A stretch of 64,000 nt of DNA, from the NCBI RefSeq assembly GCF_006345805.1, contig NC_043013.1, positions 2,542,001 through 2,606,000 of the forward strand, read 5' to 3'. Numbering within the stretch: position 1 is the stretch's first letter; every line of letters begins with the position of its first letter. The notes under the pieces were generated by a model. It worked only from the letters and a program-made list of their open reading frames with translations, had not been told where the DNA came from and did not search any database. The DNA comes from Octopus sinensis. Taxonomy: Eukaryota. Shown in pieces: positions 51,640 through 63,911 of the stretch. Position numbers and translations under genes: made by a program.

Positions 51640-52128
51640 ATATACATACATACATACATAAATACATACATACATACATACATACATACATACATACATA
51701 CATACATACATACATGCATACATACATACATACATGCATACATACATACATACATGCATACATACATACATACATACATACATACATACATGCATACATA
51801 CATACATACATACATACATACATACATACATACATCACCGTGACCGACCAGACTATCAGATGTTGCTACACATCGCTGGTCACAATGCTCTTCGCATTGT
51901 TTTAACCTTCAAATGACGCCACCCCGCTGGCTAAGCCAACAGAAGAAAGAGTGAGAGAAAGTTGGGCGAAAGAGTACACCAGGGACCGCCACCACCCCCT
52001 GCCGGAGCCTCGTGGAGCTTTAGGTGTTTTCGCTCAATAAACACTCACAACGCCCGGTCTGGGAATCGAAACCGCAATCCTACGACCGCGAGTCCGCTGC
52101 CCTAACCACTGGGCCATTGCGCCTCCAC
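51640..52128 (-). mobile_element. SINE family C, full length, with (TATG)n tail
   Basis: Head GTGGAGGCGCAATGGCCCAGTGG at 52128. The unique tail ends GGTCACGGTGATG at about 51836 and runs directly into about 200 bp of (TATG)n. Confidence 0.9.
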
Positions 52129-52236
52129 ACATACATATATTCATACATATATCTATGTCTGGATGGATGGATGATGTATGTATGTATGCATGTATGTTCA
52201 ACATCTGAACAGTATCCTTAAGTGTTAAATACTTAC

Positions 52237-52321
52237 CGAGTTTTTCTCTGAACTCTCCCTTACATAATAGTTGAGGAATGCCATTAAATCTCTGTCCATG
52301 AATATCTACACATAACGGCTT
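52237..52321 (-). other. Candidate coding exon (85 nt)
   Basis: Acceptor TTCATTCCATCTTCATTAG and donor G|GTAAGT. Reads KPLCVDIHGQRFNGIPQLLCKGEFREKL. Confidence 0.35.
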
Positions 52322-52695
52322 CTAATGAAGATGGAATGAACCGAGTAGTTCCCTTCGAAAGCTCTGTTAGCTAATTGATGGATGTTCCAACATAGCATTT
52401 TGAAAATTCACCTTTAAACTACTGCAGAAAATTCGCGAGTCCAGCATGTGATGTCCTTCCATAGTCACACAATAGGCATTGCCGATTCACCCTTAAGGGT
52501 TGAGATGTTCAGTCAACACAATCTCAATAAGAAAAGATCCAGAAGTCAAACAGTTCATTTGAAAATTTCAGGTTAGAATACAATAGAATTATGTCTTAAC
52601 TTGTGTGTCAACCATAAGGAGATGAATGTTATAATACATCATATCACAATTGTGTGTCTATGACTATAAACATTCTGTGCGTACACACACACACA

Positions 52696-52726
<31 letters not shown>

Positions 52727-53172
52727 TGTTCGCAGGCACACTCACAAACATACACGCACAGAGACACATACACACGTACACAAACACACATGCATCAGAT
52801 ACAAAGCAGTCGAAACAAGGTATTCAATGCAGAGAGAAGTTAATCTTTTTGTCGTGTCATCTCCAATAACTACCCACACATACACCACCACCACCACCAC
52901 CACCACCGCCGCCGCCGCCGCCGCAGCCGCCACCGCCGTCACTGCAACAACAACAACAACTTTATCCAGGAAGTTTTCTACAATATACTAGCAAGCAGAA
53001 ATCATAAACAGAGAGATCCCCCCCACCCAAAAAAAAAATCGATGGCCCTTTTGAAGATATGAAGATTTCACAAATGCAGCGGCAAACATTCTTTTATATC
53101 TATCTATCTATACACAGACGCTTATATGTATATGTGAACATTTATCTATATGTGTGCGTGTATATTTGTGTG

Positions 53173-53253
<81 letters not shown>

Positions 53254-53373
53254 TACATATTAGACGGACAGAGTAAACAAAGACGGGTCATTCGCAGTCC
53301 TCTCTCATCAGTCAAGTTTCCAAATCATCCTTAAAGTTTCGGCCGGTTACATTTGAGAATGTTCAAATCTGGC

Positions 53374-53429
<56 letters not shown>

Positions 53430-53470
53430 TATGTATGTATGTATATGCATATATATATGTTGTGTGTGTG

Positions 53471-53516
<46 letters not shown>

Positions 53517-53705
53517 TATGTATGTATGTATATGCATATATATATGTTTGTGTGTGTGTCTATGTGTGTGTGTGTGTGTGTACATACCAACACGCGCACT
53601 CGTGCAAAGGGTCCCTGCAGGGTTTCACTTACCAAGGTACCTATAAGTTATCAGTCGATCCGGTGCTGTAGTAGAAAACACTTGTCCAATATTTTATGCG
53701 ATGGG

Positions 53706-54271
53706 AAGGCGGCGAGTTGGTAGAATGGTTAGCACGTCGGGCAAAATACCGGCATTTCGTTCGTTTTTACGTTCTGAATTCGGGGTCGATAAAATATATG
53801 CCTGTTGAGCACTTACTTACTTGTACTTATGGCGACATTCACCCTGGGCAGGTTGAGTCGGCTTCTTCTACCACCCTTGAGGCATCTCGAACCATGGCAG
53901 TGGAAGAAGTTTCGTGGGAATATGTGGATTTCACAAGCGGTCCCCAACATCCTGTTTGCCGCAGATTGTCCGCAGACGCAGGGACAGAACGACCGAGGTG
54001 CCGCCGGTTGCCGAAACAGACACTCCGAGGATTTTCACTGCCGGGTTGTGGCCCTAATACCACTCGATGTCAGACGAATCCGCTTTGGGTGGCCCTACCA
54101 GGAACCGAAGTTCCCGACGGCATAGCTCTGACACTACCCGTTACCAGCGTCCCCACCACGGTGAGGAGGGGATGGACCTTGGAGACGCCTGTTGAGCACT
54201 GGCGTTGATGGAATCTACTTAGCCCCATCTCACAAAAACTGATGGCCTTGAGCCAAAATTTGAAGCCAATA
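53706..54271 (+). mobile_element. SINE B2 interrupted by a 373-bp non-LTR (RTE-like) 3' fragment
   Basis: Perfect 14-bp TSD GCCTGTTGAGCACT at 53800-53813 and 54187-54200. The insert is on the minus strand and ends ..RVVEEADSTCPG* plus an AAGT-type tail. Confidence 0.85.
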
Positions 54272-54546
54272 TGAAGAACCTGCAAAACTGAACATGTTGT
54301 ACAGAAAGATCTATTTACAACAAAATCTATTAGAAATCTCTTAAAGAAATTTTCAAAAACAAAATGTTTGCATAATACTTTTTACGCAAGTCCAAAATCA
54401 CTTGAAAAAATATGAGAAGAAAAGTCTTGAAAATATTACAAGAAGAGCAAAATTCACATCTCATTGGCCATGACAGTTTCTTTTCCGTGAGTAGGAGCTG
54501 GTGGAAGACGCTGTGTGATGTTTGTCAGTGTGGTGATATATGAGGG

Positions 54547-54579
<33 letters not shown>

Positions 54580-55209
54580 CGCAGAGACGATGTGCTGTAG
54601 GTAAGGATTCTAAGTGTCAAAATGGGTGGGAAAAAATAGAGGAAGTGAGCAAGAAAGAGGTGGAGAAATATCCCGGAGCTGCACCGCCATATTGTAGCTG
54701 TGATGATTTATTGAATCAATATGGCGACTGTGTTAACGGAGATAGATATGATGTCGCACGCTGTCGACCTTACACATGTGTCTGCGCTTCTGAATGGGTT
54801 CTTCTCTGTGTGTGTGTGTGTGTGTAGTTAAATGCGAGCGTGCGTGTGTCAGCTTATGTGCGTAGTTGGCTGCCATTGATATATTAGAGCTGTCTGTTGG
54901 GATTGGCTTGAAACAAGGAGAAGCATAAAAGATTCACTTATTCAAATGAGTCACTGAAACACACATGTAAACACACGCACACACACGCACACACACGCAC
55001 GCACACACACGCATACACACACACACGCATACACACACACACACGTAACTAGAAAAAGAGTTACGCAGAAACAAGTCTAAACTTATACCCACCCTCCTAT
55101 CTTCAACCCTTTTATTTCGTGACACACATAGAGTAAAAGCATACATGTGTGAGCGTGTGAGTGTGTGTGTGTATTTATATGTATATATATACATATATAT
55201 ATATAGTTA

Positions 55210-55415
55210 AAGTTAATCCAAACATGATCGCACAAAATAACACAACAACGCGAGGATGTGGAACAAATATAGTATTATTGGACGCTCAGGAAGGAAGGAG
55301 GGTTTAACGTTTCGAGCGGAGCTCTTCGTCGGAAACATAGGAAAAGGAAAGATCCAGAGAAGGGAAGACAGAGGGAAAAAAATCGCCAACGGTACACACG
55401 CGGTCACATTTTGAA
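55210..55415 (-). mobile_element. Penelope-type terminal repeat with minimal hammerhead-like motif (55302-55336)
   Basis: Minus strand GTTT-CCGACGA-A-GAGC-TCC-GCTC-GAAA-CG-TT-AAAC, followed by CCTGAGCG. Confidence 0.6.
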
Positions 55416-55460
55416 TATATATGTATATATATGTGGTGTGTGTGTATGTATGCATGTATG

Positions 55461-55491
<31 letters not shown>

Positions 55492-55713
55492 TTTTCCCCA
55501 CCAACGCTTGACAACCGGTATTGGCTTGTTTACATCCCCGAAACCTAGTAATTCGGCACAAGAAGATAGATTAAGTAGCAAGCTTGAAAAAATAAGTGCT
55601 GCGGTCAATTAGTTCGACTATAATTCCTCAAGGTAGTGCCCCAGCATGGCTGCAGTCTAATGACCGCAGCAAGTGAGAGATAAAAGAAAAAAATAAATAT
55701 ATGTATATGTATA

Positions 55714-55767
<54 letters not shown>

Positions 55768-55889
55768 ATACATACACACACACACATATATACATCGACA
55801 CACACATATACATATGTATCTGTGCATGTGCCTGTTTATGCATATTTGGTCTCGTGTGTGCACACACATCCACACACACACACACACAC

Positions 55890-56175
55890 AAACACACAAG
55901 CATATATATACCTACACATATACACACACACACTTTGTATATGTTTATACGTATATACTCCATAAATTATAAGTTATTATTTATAGCTACTTTGCATTTT
56001 AGGAACTTCGTAGAAGACACACACACACACAACACACAAACACACAAGCATATATATACCTACACATATACACACACACACTTTGTATATGTTTATACGT
56101 ATATACTCCATAAATTATAAGTTATTATTTATAGCTACTTTGCATTTTAGGAACTTCGTAGAAGACACACACACA
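55890..56175. repeat. Recent 148-bp tandem duplication
   Basis: AAACACACAAGC starts at 55890 and 56038; the unique parts of the two copies are identical. Confidence 0.9.
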
Positions 56176-56733
56176 CACACACATTCCCCGCCACACACTT
56201 CTCTATATGCACATCTATGGCGAACAAAAGACGAAATATCAAAATACAAAAACATAAACTACAAAAACAATAAAACGGGAAACGTTTGCAATCAAAATTA
56301 TTTGCTTGATTTTTCAGAGAAATGGAAAAAAATCGACTGTTATAACGTGGAGCTTTTCTGTATATTGACCATGGACATTCAAGGGCCGACTATACAAACC
56401 GACCATACGAGGCTTTTACGGTGAGATAACTCTTCTTATTTTTAATTTTTATTTCTCCTTTTTTTAATTTTTATTTTTAATTTTTATTTTTTATTTTTAG
56501 TTTTTATTTCTCTTTTTTTTTTTTTACCAGTTTCCTCATCTTTCTACATCTCTTTCACTCAACAACCGAACCGAAGAAGCACAACACCCGGAACGTGGCA
56601 GCTTTTAATGATTGACGTACCTTCATACTCGGAGTAGCTCACATCTTAGACTAAAGTTTCCGGCTCCTATGATTATACAAATGGACTTCTATCTGACTTA
56701 CGACAAATCTTTATTTTATATATATGTACATGT

Positions 56734-56789
<56 letters not shown>

Positions 56790-56792
56790 ATA

Positions 56793-56975
56793 TATGAGGG
56801 TCGGCTGAATAGTTCATAGGCCGACCAAGATACTCACATGGAATGTGAGCTAAGTGAGGTTTATTTTTCAACATAGACCCTTTTGCAGTCCACGCACTTC
56901 TTCACTTAGTGTTTCACTGCTTGGATGCCATTGGTGAAGAAGATTTCATACTGCTGGTCAAAAAAGTCACCATCA
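56793..56975 (-). mobile_element. Mariner 3' end with TIR
   Basis: DFFDQQYEIFFTNGIQAVKH*VKKCVDCKRVYVEK* followed by TIR TATGAGGGTCGGCTGAATAGTTC. Confidence 0.85.
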
Positions 56976-56979
56976 GTGG

Positions 56980-58620
56980 TAGACGGACACATAATGTTCC
57001 ACATGGATTCGCTGAAGATGAGGGTCACCGTGGGAAATTCCATCGCTAAATGGCAGAGATTGGAGAAAGGTATTATGACAAGGTGCACAGTTTTTGTGGT
57101 GTTACATGTGTCGTCCATGAACCTCCTGCTAGAAGTGGGAGGAAAGGAGTCAAGAAGTATTGAAACTGACGAAAACACAGGAAATCCAGATTGGCGGGGT
57201 GGGGGGAGTATTCGTGGACGACAACCGTTATGGCACCATCAGCACAAAGGGCACGGCGGACATTGAGCTCGCTGGAAAAGATGACCGCATGGTCACTTGA
57301 AGTTAAACCCAACGAAATGTCGGAGCATATATATCCTTAAAAAGGAAAGCTGACAAATCAGCATTCAGAACATTGGGATTTCGGCCATTCAAGAAAAACG
57401 AGTCCGCTGTCATGGAGAAAATTACGATCATACCTTTAAAGGTATGGTAACTCGAGTAGAAGCAATGGATAGGTTGTGTAGTAAGTTCGTGCGAAGGTGA
57501 CGGGGCGTCCACCAAATTTCAGTTCAGTCAGTCTGTAGAGCAAGACCTCTAAGATGCTCTACCGATTTCACCACGTTGCTTCTGACTGAAAATGAGAACG
57601 TCAGACATACCAACAAAACCATAAAGTGTGACAGAAAATGGATACCCCAGGAAGCTGTGAAGGAAGCAGAAATGGACTAGAAACATTAGGAGTATGCTGG
57701 AGGCGACTAAGCATTGGCGATTACAACTCCAAGAGAAGGAAAAACATCAATATCAGGAGCAAGAGAGAGTTTATAGTACAAAGGATCCGCGTGTCAAAAA
57801 AAGAGGATAGCTGGATAAAGGCAGTAAGGTTTGCCATCAAGGTTGATGGATGATACATTGGGATCAGGTACTCGAGCGCCCACTGTTCTGGAAGGAACTT
57901 TAGAGTATTAACAAGGGAAAATTGTCCTTTCTCCTTCCTGCTGTCGATGACCTTTTGCCATCCCCTCAAAACCTTAAAATATGGGGCAAAGAAAAATACC
58001 CATCCTGCAAGCTGCGCGGAGCAACTCTTAGCACTCTGAATCACATTTTGACTTGAGGTCCTGGGAGAAGGCTGCCATAAGTCGAGACATGACAAGGTCC
58101 TTGCAGAAATTTCCAATGGGATTGATTTGCAAATAGTAATGGTTAATAAACTCCAGCCACCACCACCAAAGGAAGGTGACAAAGGTCCCGAGGCAAAAGC
58201 ATTTGTTGAGGATCCTTTTTCTATTTTGCATTCAGTCCCAGACTGGCTGACGCAGATGAAGCCTGAAGGGGATACTTGTCTTCCCAGTAGAGACGGTGTT
58301 AACATCTCTCCGACCAGACATGTTCCTGCTCTTCAGGAATACAAAATCATCGTGGTCGAACTCACAGTGTCCTGGGAGGACAGACTCGATATTTAGCACC
58401 AGGTAAAGAAAACGTGATATCAGAACTTAATTCACGAGGCCCTGGTCAAGGGTTAGAAAGTGACCTCTACTCCCTATTGTAGTCAGCTGTTGCGACTTGC
58501 CTACGGGATCGGTACGCTATTTCTTGCAGAAGATAGGTCTGGAACCCTGGCAACTGAAGAACAGCCATCAAGGCAGCTGAAACTAGTTCAAGGTAGCTAT
58601 GGTTGATAAGAGAAGTGGAA
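56980..58620 (+). mobile_element. Decayed RLE-type non-LTR retrotransposon (HERO-clade-like): RT, zinc knuckle, restriction-like endonuclease
   Basis: WQRLEKGIMTRCTV..MNLL; FVDD (57211-57222); PSPQNLKIWG..SCKL..TLNHIL..LGEG..RHDKVL; SLRPDM and IIVVELTVSWEDRL (58.3 kb). Frameshifted. Confidence 0.85.
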
Positions 58621-58796
58621 CTTTTCCATCCGCGAAAACTAGTACATTCCCCGCTCCGTCATGCAGGCGAGGTATACAGGATAAGGGGTGAAGCGCTTGT
58701 GATCCTGAGATGCTTGCTGACGATAAGGAAGGGTCTCCAGCATTGTGATGGATTTAAAAGAGTTTGTAGAAACTCAGAAAGGCTCCCGTAGTTTCT

Positions 58797-59396
58797 TATT
58801 TCTTTACTGTCCACAAAGGGCTTTAACATAGAGGGGATAAGCAAGGAGAGACAAAGGGATTAAGACGATTACATCGACCCAGTGCATTACTGGTACTTAA
58901 CTTATCGACCCCGAAAGGCTGAAAGGCAAAGACGACCTCGGTGGAATTTGAACTCATAACATAGCGGCAGACGAAATACCTATTTCTTTACTACCCACAA
59001 AGGGTTAAACACAGAGAGGACAAACAAGGACAGACAAACGGATTAAGTCGATTATATCTACCCCAGTGCGTAACTGGTACTTATTTAGTCGACTCCAAAA
59101 GGCTGAAAGGCAAAGTCGACCTCGGCGGAATTTGAACTCAGAACGTAGCGGCAGACGAAATACCTATTTCTTTACTATCCACAAGGGGCTAAACATAGAG
59201 AGGACAAACAAGCATAGACAAACGGATTAAGTCGATTATATCTACCCCAGTGCGTAACTGGTACTTATTTAGTCGACTCCGAAAGGCTGAAAGGCAAAGT
59301 CGATCTCGGCGGAATTTGAACTTAGACCGTAGCGGCAGACGAAATACCACTAAGCATTTCGCCCGGCGTGCTAACGTTTCTGCCAGCTCACCGCCT
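58797..59396 (-). repeat. Tandem triplication of a 184-bp SINE B1 segment
   Basis: TATTTCTTTA starts at 58797, 58981 and 59165. Only the last unit has the complete head. Confidence 0.92.
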
Positions 59397-59485
59397 GTAG
59401 TAGGCGCCTCGCTCCTGTAGTTTCTGTGTGAGGCAAAGCATCTCTGATGTTAATTTCACGGAATAATTAATATTGATGATATTGA

Positions 59486-59577
<92 letters not shown>

Positions 59578-59961
59578 CTTTTACATTTTACTTATTTCAG
59601 GCTTTGAACTGAAACCGCCTGGTAGAGTTTAAGTTAAGCAAATCGACGCCAGCACTAATTTTACTAACCTGATATTTGCATCGTTGTCTTTCACCGTAGA
59701 AGGACCGAACTCGAAACCACATCGTTGCAAACCGAGCTTCTTAACCACACAGCTACGGCTACGCCTATAAACACACACACACACACGCACACACACACAG
59801 ACGCGCACACACAAAGACACACACACACGCGCACACACACACACACACACGTTTATGTATTTATTTTGCAAGATTCCTGATGTGAAATCGTGCGTTGAAA
59901 CAGATATTGTCATTTTTCGGGATTTTTTAAATATTATTGCCAAATTTATAACAATATATTT

Positions 59962-59995
<34 letters not shown>

Positions 59996-60589
59996 TGTGT
60001 GTATGTGTGTGTATGCATATCTGTAGGTATGTACTACGTAAAATTCTTGTAAAAATCGTAAGAATTTAAACATTTGTTAAACGAAGTTTCTACTACACAT
60101 TTAAAAGTGTCACTGATATGGTTGGTCGAAATGTTAGTTTTGTAAAGCAATTTGCAAGAGCTGTTGGTTAACCCCTTGTTCCCCCCCTCCTTCCCCCACA
60201 GTGTGCTATAAATCAGGAAGTATTGTGTGCAAGCGTAGGGTTTTAAGCTATCGTTGATGAGATGACAGTCGTGACAAAGTTAATTTGATAGCTGTCAGGG
60301 CTTGCACGAACGATAAGTCAAAGTTGATTTTAAATAAAGTTGAATCAGTTTACAATAGATTACTAATATACAAAAATATATGATGGCTAATATATAATGA
60401 TGTATGTTGTCTAAGATACACTTATGCCTGATGGTTAATATATAATAGTGGACGATAGCTAATATACAAAATTAATGATAACTAATATACAAAATGTATG
60501 ATGACTAATGTACAATAATGAGTGATGACCAGTATACAACAATGTATGATGGCTAATAATGTCTAGTGGGCGAATTGTGGCCAAGTATT

Positions 60590-61450
60590 CGAACAGTTTG
60601 TTGAATATTTGAATGAAATCAAGCTATATTTAGCCATGAAAAAAATAACGCTTGGTATTTTTTTCTTTAGCAATATGGATTTTCTGGGCTCAATAAAGTT
60701 TACATTTTCGTCTTTTTGCTTATTTTTCGGATTTTTCATTTCAACTGAATTAAACTGAATAGCAAATTGCCAGGTTTGAGGAATCTATTGAGGTGTTGTT
60801 TAAGCTGGATCATCGTTTTGAGAGTAAATTCAGAATATTTTAGCGTGAGTTAGAAAGGAATAATTTTAAGAAGTGCTCTTGAAGAAACCAACTGTAAGAA
60901 TCTTCAACAACACACCAAACAATTTATAGAAATTATTAGGGCAATGACTGAGTAATTTTCTTGTTGATTTTCTACAATTCAGAGATAACGGAAACAATAC
61001 AATTTATTTAAAATATCCTGATGAAGTAGATTTCACGAATCTGAAATTGGATGTGTTTGAGTGGTTGGATTTTAGAGATCTAGAAATGCAGTTAGTCGAC
61101 TTCCAATCTAATTCCATCTAATCCTATTTGGAACTGAAAATTCATTATACTAAGAGCAGATTTTAAAGAAATTGAACGAATACATGTACAAATAAGCGTG
61201 CACAAGCCATTCCGACTGTGAACTTGTGATAGTATTTCTAAAAATTTTGGTCCTCTTAAAATTCTTGCAAAAGTATTGTTGATAATTTTCTTAAGAATAT
61301 ATTTATGTGAAATATTATTCCTAGCACCAAACAACATAAAAATGAACAAGAATATTATTTAGGTGATGTCAAGAGTGATGCCTGTATAGCATAAAATGTA
61401 CAAACTATATTTCTCTCATCACGAACTCAGCAACAGACAACTTTTAAAAT
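60590..61450 (+). mobile_element. hAT transposase C-terminal remnant (SPIN/Charlie/GTF2IRD2-like)
   Basis: YPDEVDFTNLKLDVFEWLDFRDLEMQLVDFQSNSI at 61014-61118, with decayed dimerisation-domain-like sequence downstream. Confidence 0.7.
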
Positions 61451-61849
61451 TTCATTTAATTACCCCAGTTCTATAAGTTTTTCTTCAAATTGAAAGTTTT
61501 AATATATTAAGCTATATAATTTTATTAATAAGTTTGAAAAACAGATCACTAATCTATAACCACACCTAAAACTAGAAATACGTGGACACGCCTCAATAAC
61601 AGGATTATAAAAGAAAATCAAAATTTCGAACACGTCAGCCTAAGAAGGTTGGCCATCATTGATCCGTCCAATTAAATTCTTCGTAACCCGATACCTACAT
61701 CCTGCGCACATACCCAGTCAACGTGTACGTAGAGTGTCTTTGTTTTTAAACAGCGTAAAAACATTGTGTCAATCTAGCCGAGTGACGTCAATACATAACC
61801 TACCCAGCCGTATACAGGGTCAATATAACCTTTTAACACTTGCATCCAA

Positions 61850-62001
61850 CTGGACGTGGCTGTGTGGTTTGTTTCCCAACCACATGGTTTTCGATTCAGT
61901 CCCACTGCAAGGCACCTTGAACGAGTGTCTTCCACTATAGTCTCGGACTGGCCGAAGCACTGAAGCGGATTTAGTAGAGGGAAACTGAAGGAAGCTCTTC
62001 G

Positions 62002-62035
<34 letters not shown>

Positions 62036-62630
62036 ATATATATCAATAGAGAGAGAGAGAGAGAGAGAGTGAGAAAGAGAGAGAGGTGTAAAGATAAAAA
62101 CACCTTTTGGTCATGAATGACCAAGGGGTCGCACCTAGAAAGTTACCCTCCGAGGCACAAATCCAGTCAAGGTTGTTTATGGAAGACCAGCAGGCGTCCA
62201 TGCATACCAGCCTCTCATCTCCACGCCATCGAATTCATCCAAGAGAAAGGCAAAGGCCGATACTTCTAAGTGAACTGGAACAACATGAAATAAAGTGTCT
62301 TACTCAAGAACAGAACACACAGCCCGGTCCGAGAATCGAACTCGCTACCTCATGACTGTGAGCCCGGTGCTCTAACCACTGAACCATGCGTTTTCATTGA
62401 ACCATGCGCCTGTGTGTGTGTGTGTGCGCGCGTGCGTATGTGTGTGTTCGTACCCATCCCCATCGCTTGCCAACCGGTGTTGGTGTGTTTACGTCCCCGT
62501 AATTAAGCGTTTCGGTAAAAGAGTACCAGACTTAAGAAAAAAATCACTAGGGTCGATTCGATCGACTAAAAATTCTTCAAGGCAGTGCCCCAGTATGGCC
62601 GCAGTCTAATGGGTGAAACACGTACAAGAT
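61850..62630 (+). mobile_element. SINE A with a minus-strand CORE-like SINE (62100-62395) nested in its internal microsatellite
   Basis: A 5' half at 61850-62005 and A 3' half at 62420-62630. The E-type head and body between them carry a distinct tail. Confidence 0.75.
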
Positions 62631-62775
62631 AAGAAATTACTCTATCTACTCTGTCTATTCGCACCTTCGACAGTTACACGCTGTATTTATGCTGTTCACT
62701 TCTACATTCTGTGTCTACCCATTCGATATGAAGACGCTGACTCTATTTAACTAATCAAAATTTGTACATATGACT

Positions 62776-63339
62776 CAGTGGTTCTCTATCAGATCCAGAT
62801 AGTCCTTGGGGTTCTAGATGGCCCTTGGAAGTCCTTATAAGGTTTTTGCTGTTAAAATTGACTTCCAATAACTTGGTTATACTTTTAGAATATACAAAGT
62901 ATTTCAACAATTTTTAAATGCAATTCCTAATAAATATTTAATTATAAAAATATAATGGGGCGTTTTAAAATATCGAATGGCTATGGAGGTCCAATAGAAT
63001 AAAATAGGAATCAAAAGAAGTCCAAAGGCCAGAATTGTGGAGGCACATGGCCTAGTGGCTAGAGCAGCGGACACGCGGTCCAGGGATCGCGGGTTCGAAT
63101 CTCAAACCGGGAGATGTGTGTGTTTATGAGCGAAACACCTAAGCTCCACGCGGCTCCGGCAGAAGGTAATGGCGAACTTCTGCTGACACTTTCGCCACAA
63201 CTTTCTCTCACTCTTTCCTCCTGCATCTTGCAGCTCACCTGCAACGGACCGGCGATGGAAACTGGGAAACCGGCCCTTGTGAGCCAGGTATGACTTGAGA
63301 AGGAACAAACAAAAGGCCAAAATTGGTTACGAACCACTA
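62776..63339. mobile_element. hAT MITE containing a SINE D insertion (63037-63311)
   Basis: CAGTGGTTCTC left end and GGTTACGAACCACTA right end. SINE TSD AAAGGCCA(G/A)AATT at 63024-63036 and 63312-63324. Confidence 0.8.
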
Positions 63340-63769
63340 CTCTATGTAGTCGAAATCGACATGCCGTGCCTATCTATCCAACCGACGTCGCCACATTGCG
63401 TCTATTCTGACTGTCTACAGACCGTGTCTGCATCCCCAGTGATTATGGGCATGCTGTTTCTAATTAGTCGGTCAACGTCTACACCGTGTGCGTCTGTCTA
63501 CCCAGTGGAAGCCTGTATGATTTCTTTTAGTTTTTGCTTGTTTCAGTCATTTGACTGCGGCCATGCTGGGGTACAACACTGAAGAACTTTTAGTCAACTG
63601 AATCGATACGTGTTTTTCTTTTAAGCCTCGTAGTTCTTCTGTCAGTCTCTGTTGCCGAACTGCTAAGTTATGGGGGAGAAAACACACCAACACCAGTCGT
63701 CAAGCGGTGGCCGGGAGGAGGGCCAAACACAGACACAAAGACACACACCCATATATATATATACATTTG

Positions 63770-63816
<47 letters not shown>

Positions 63817-63830
63817 ATATCTATCTATCC

Positions 63831-63908
<78 letters not shown>

Positions 63909-63911
<3 letters not shown>

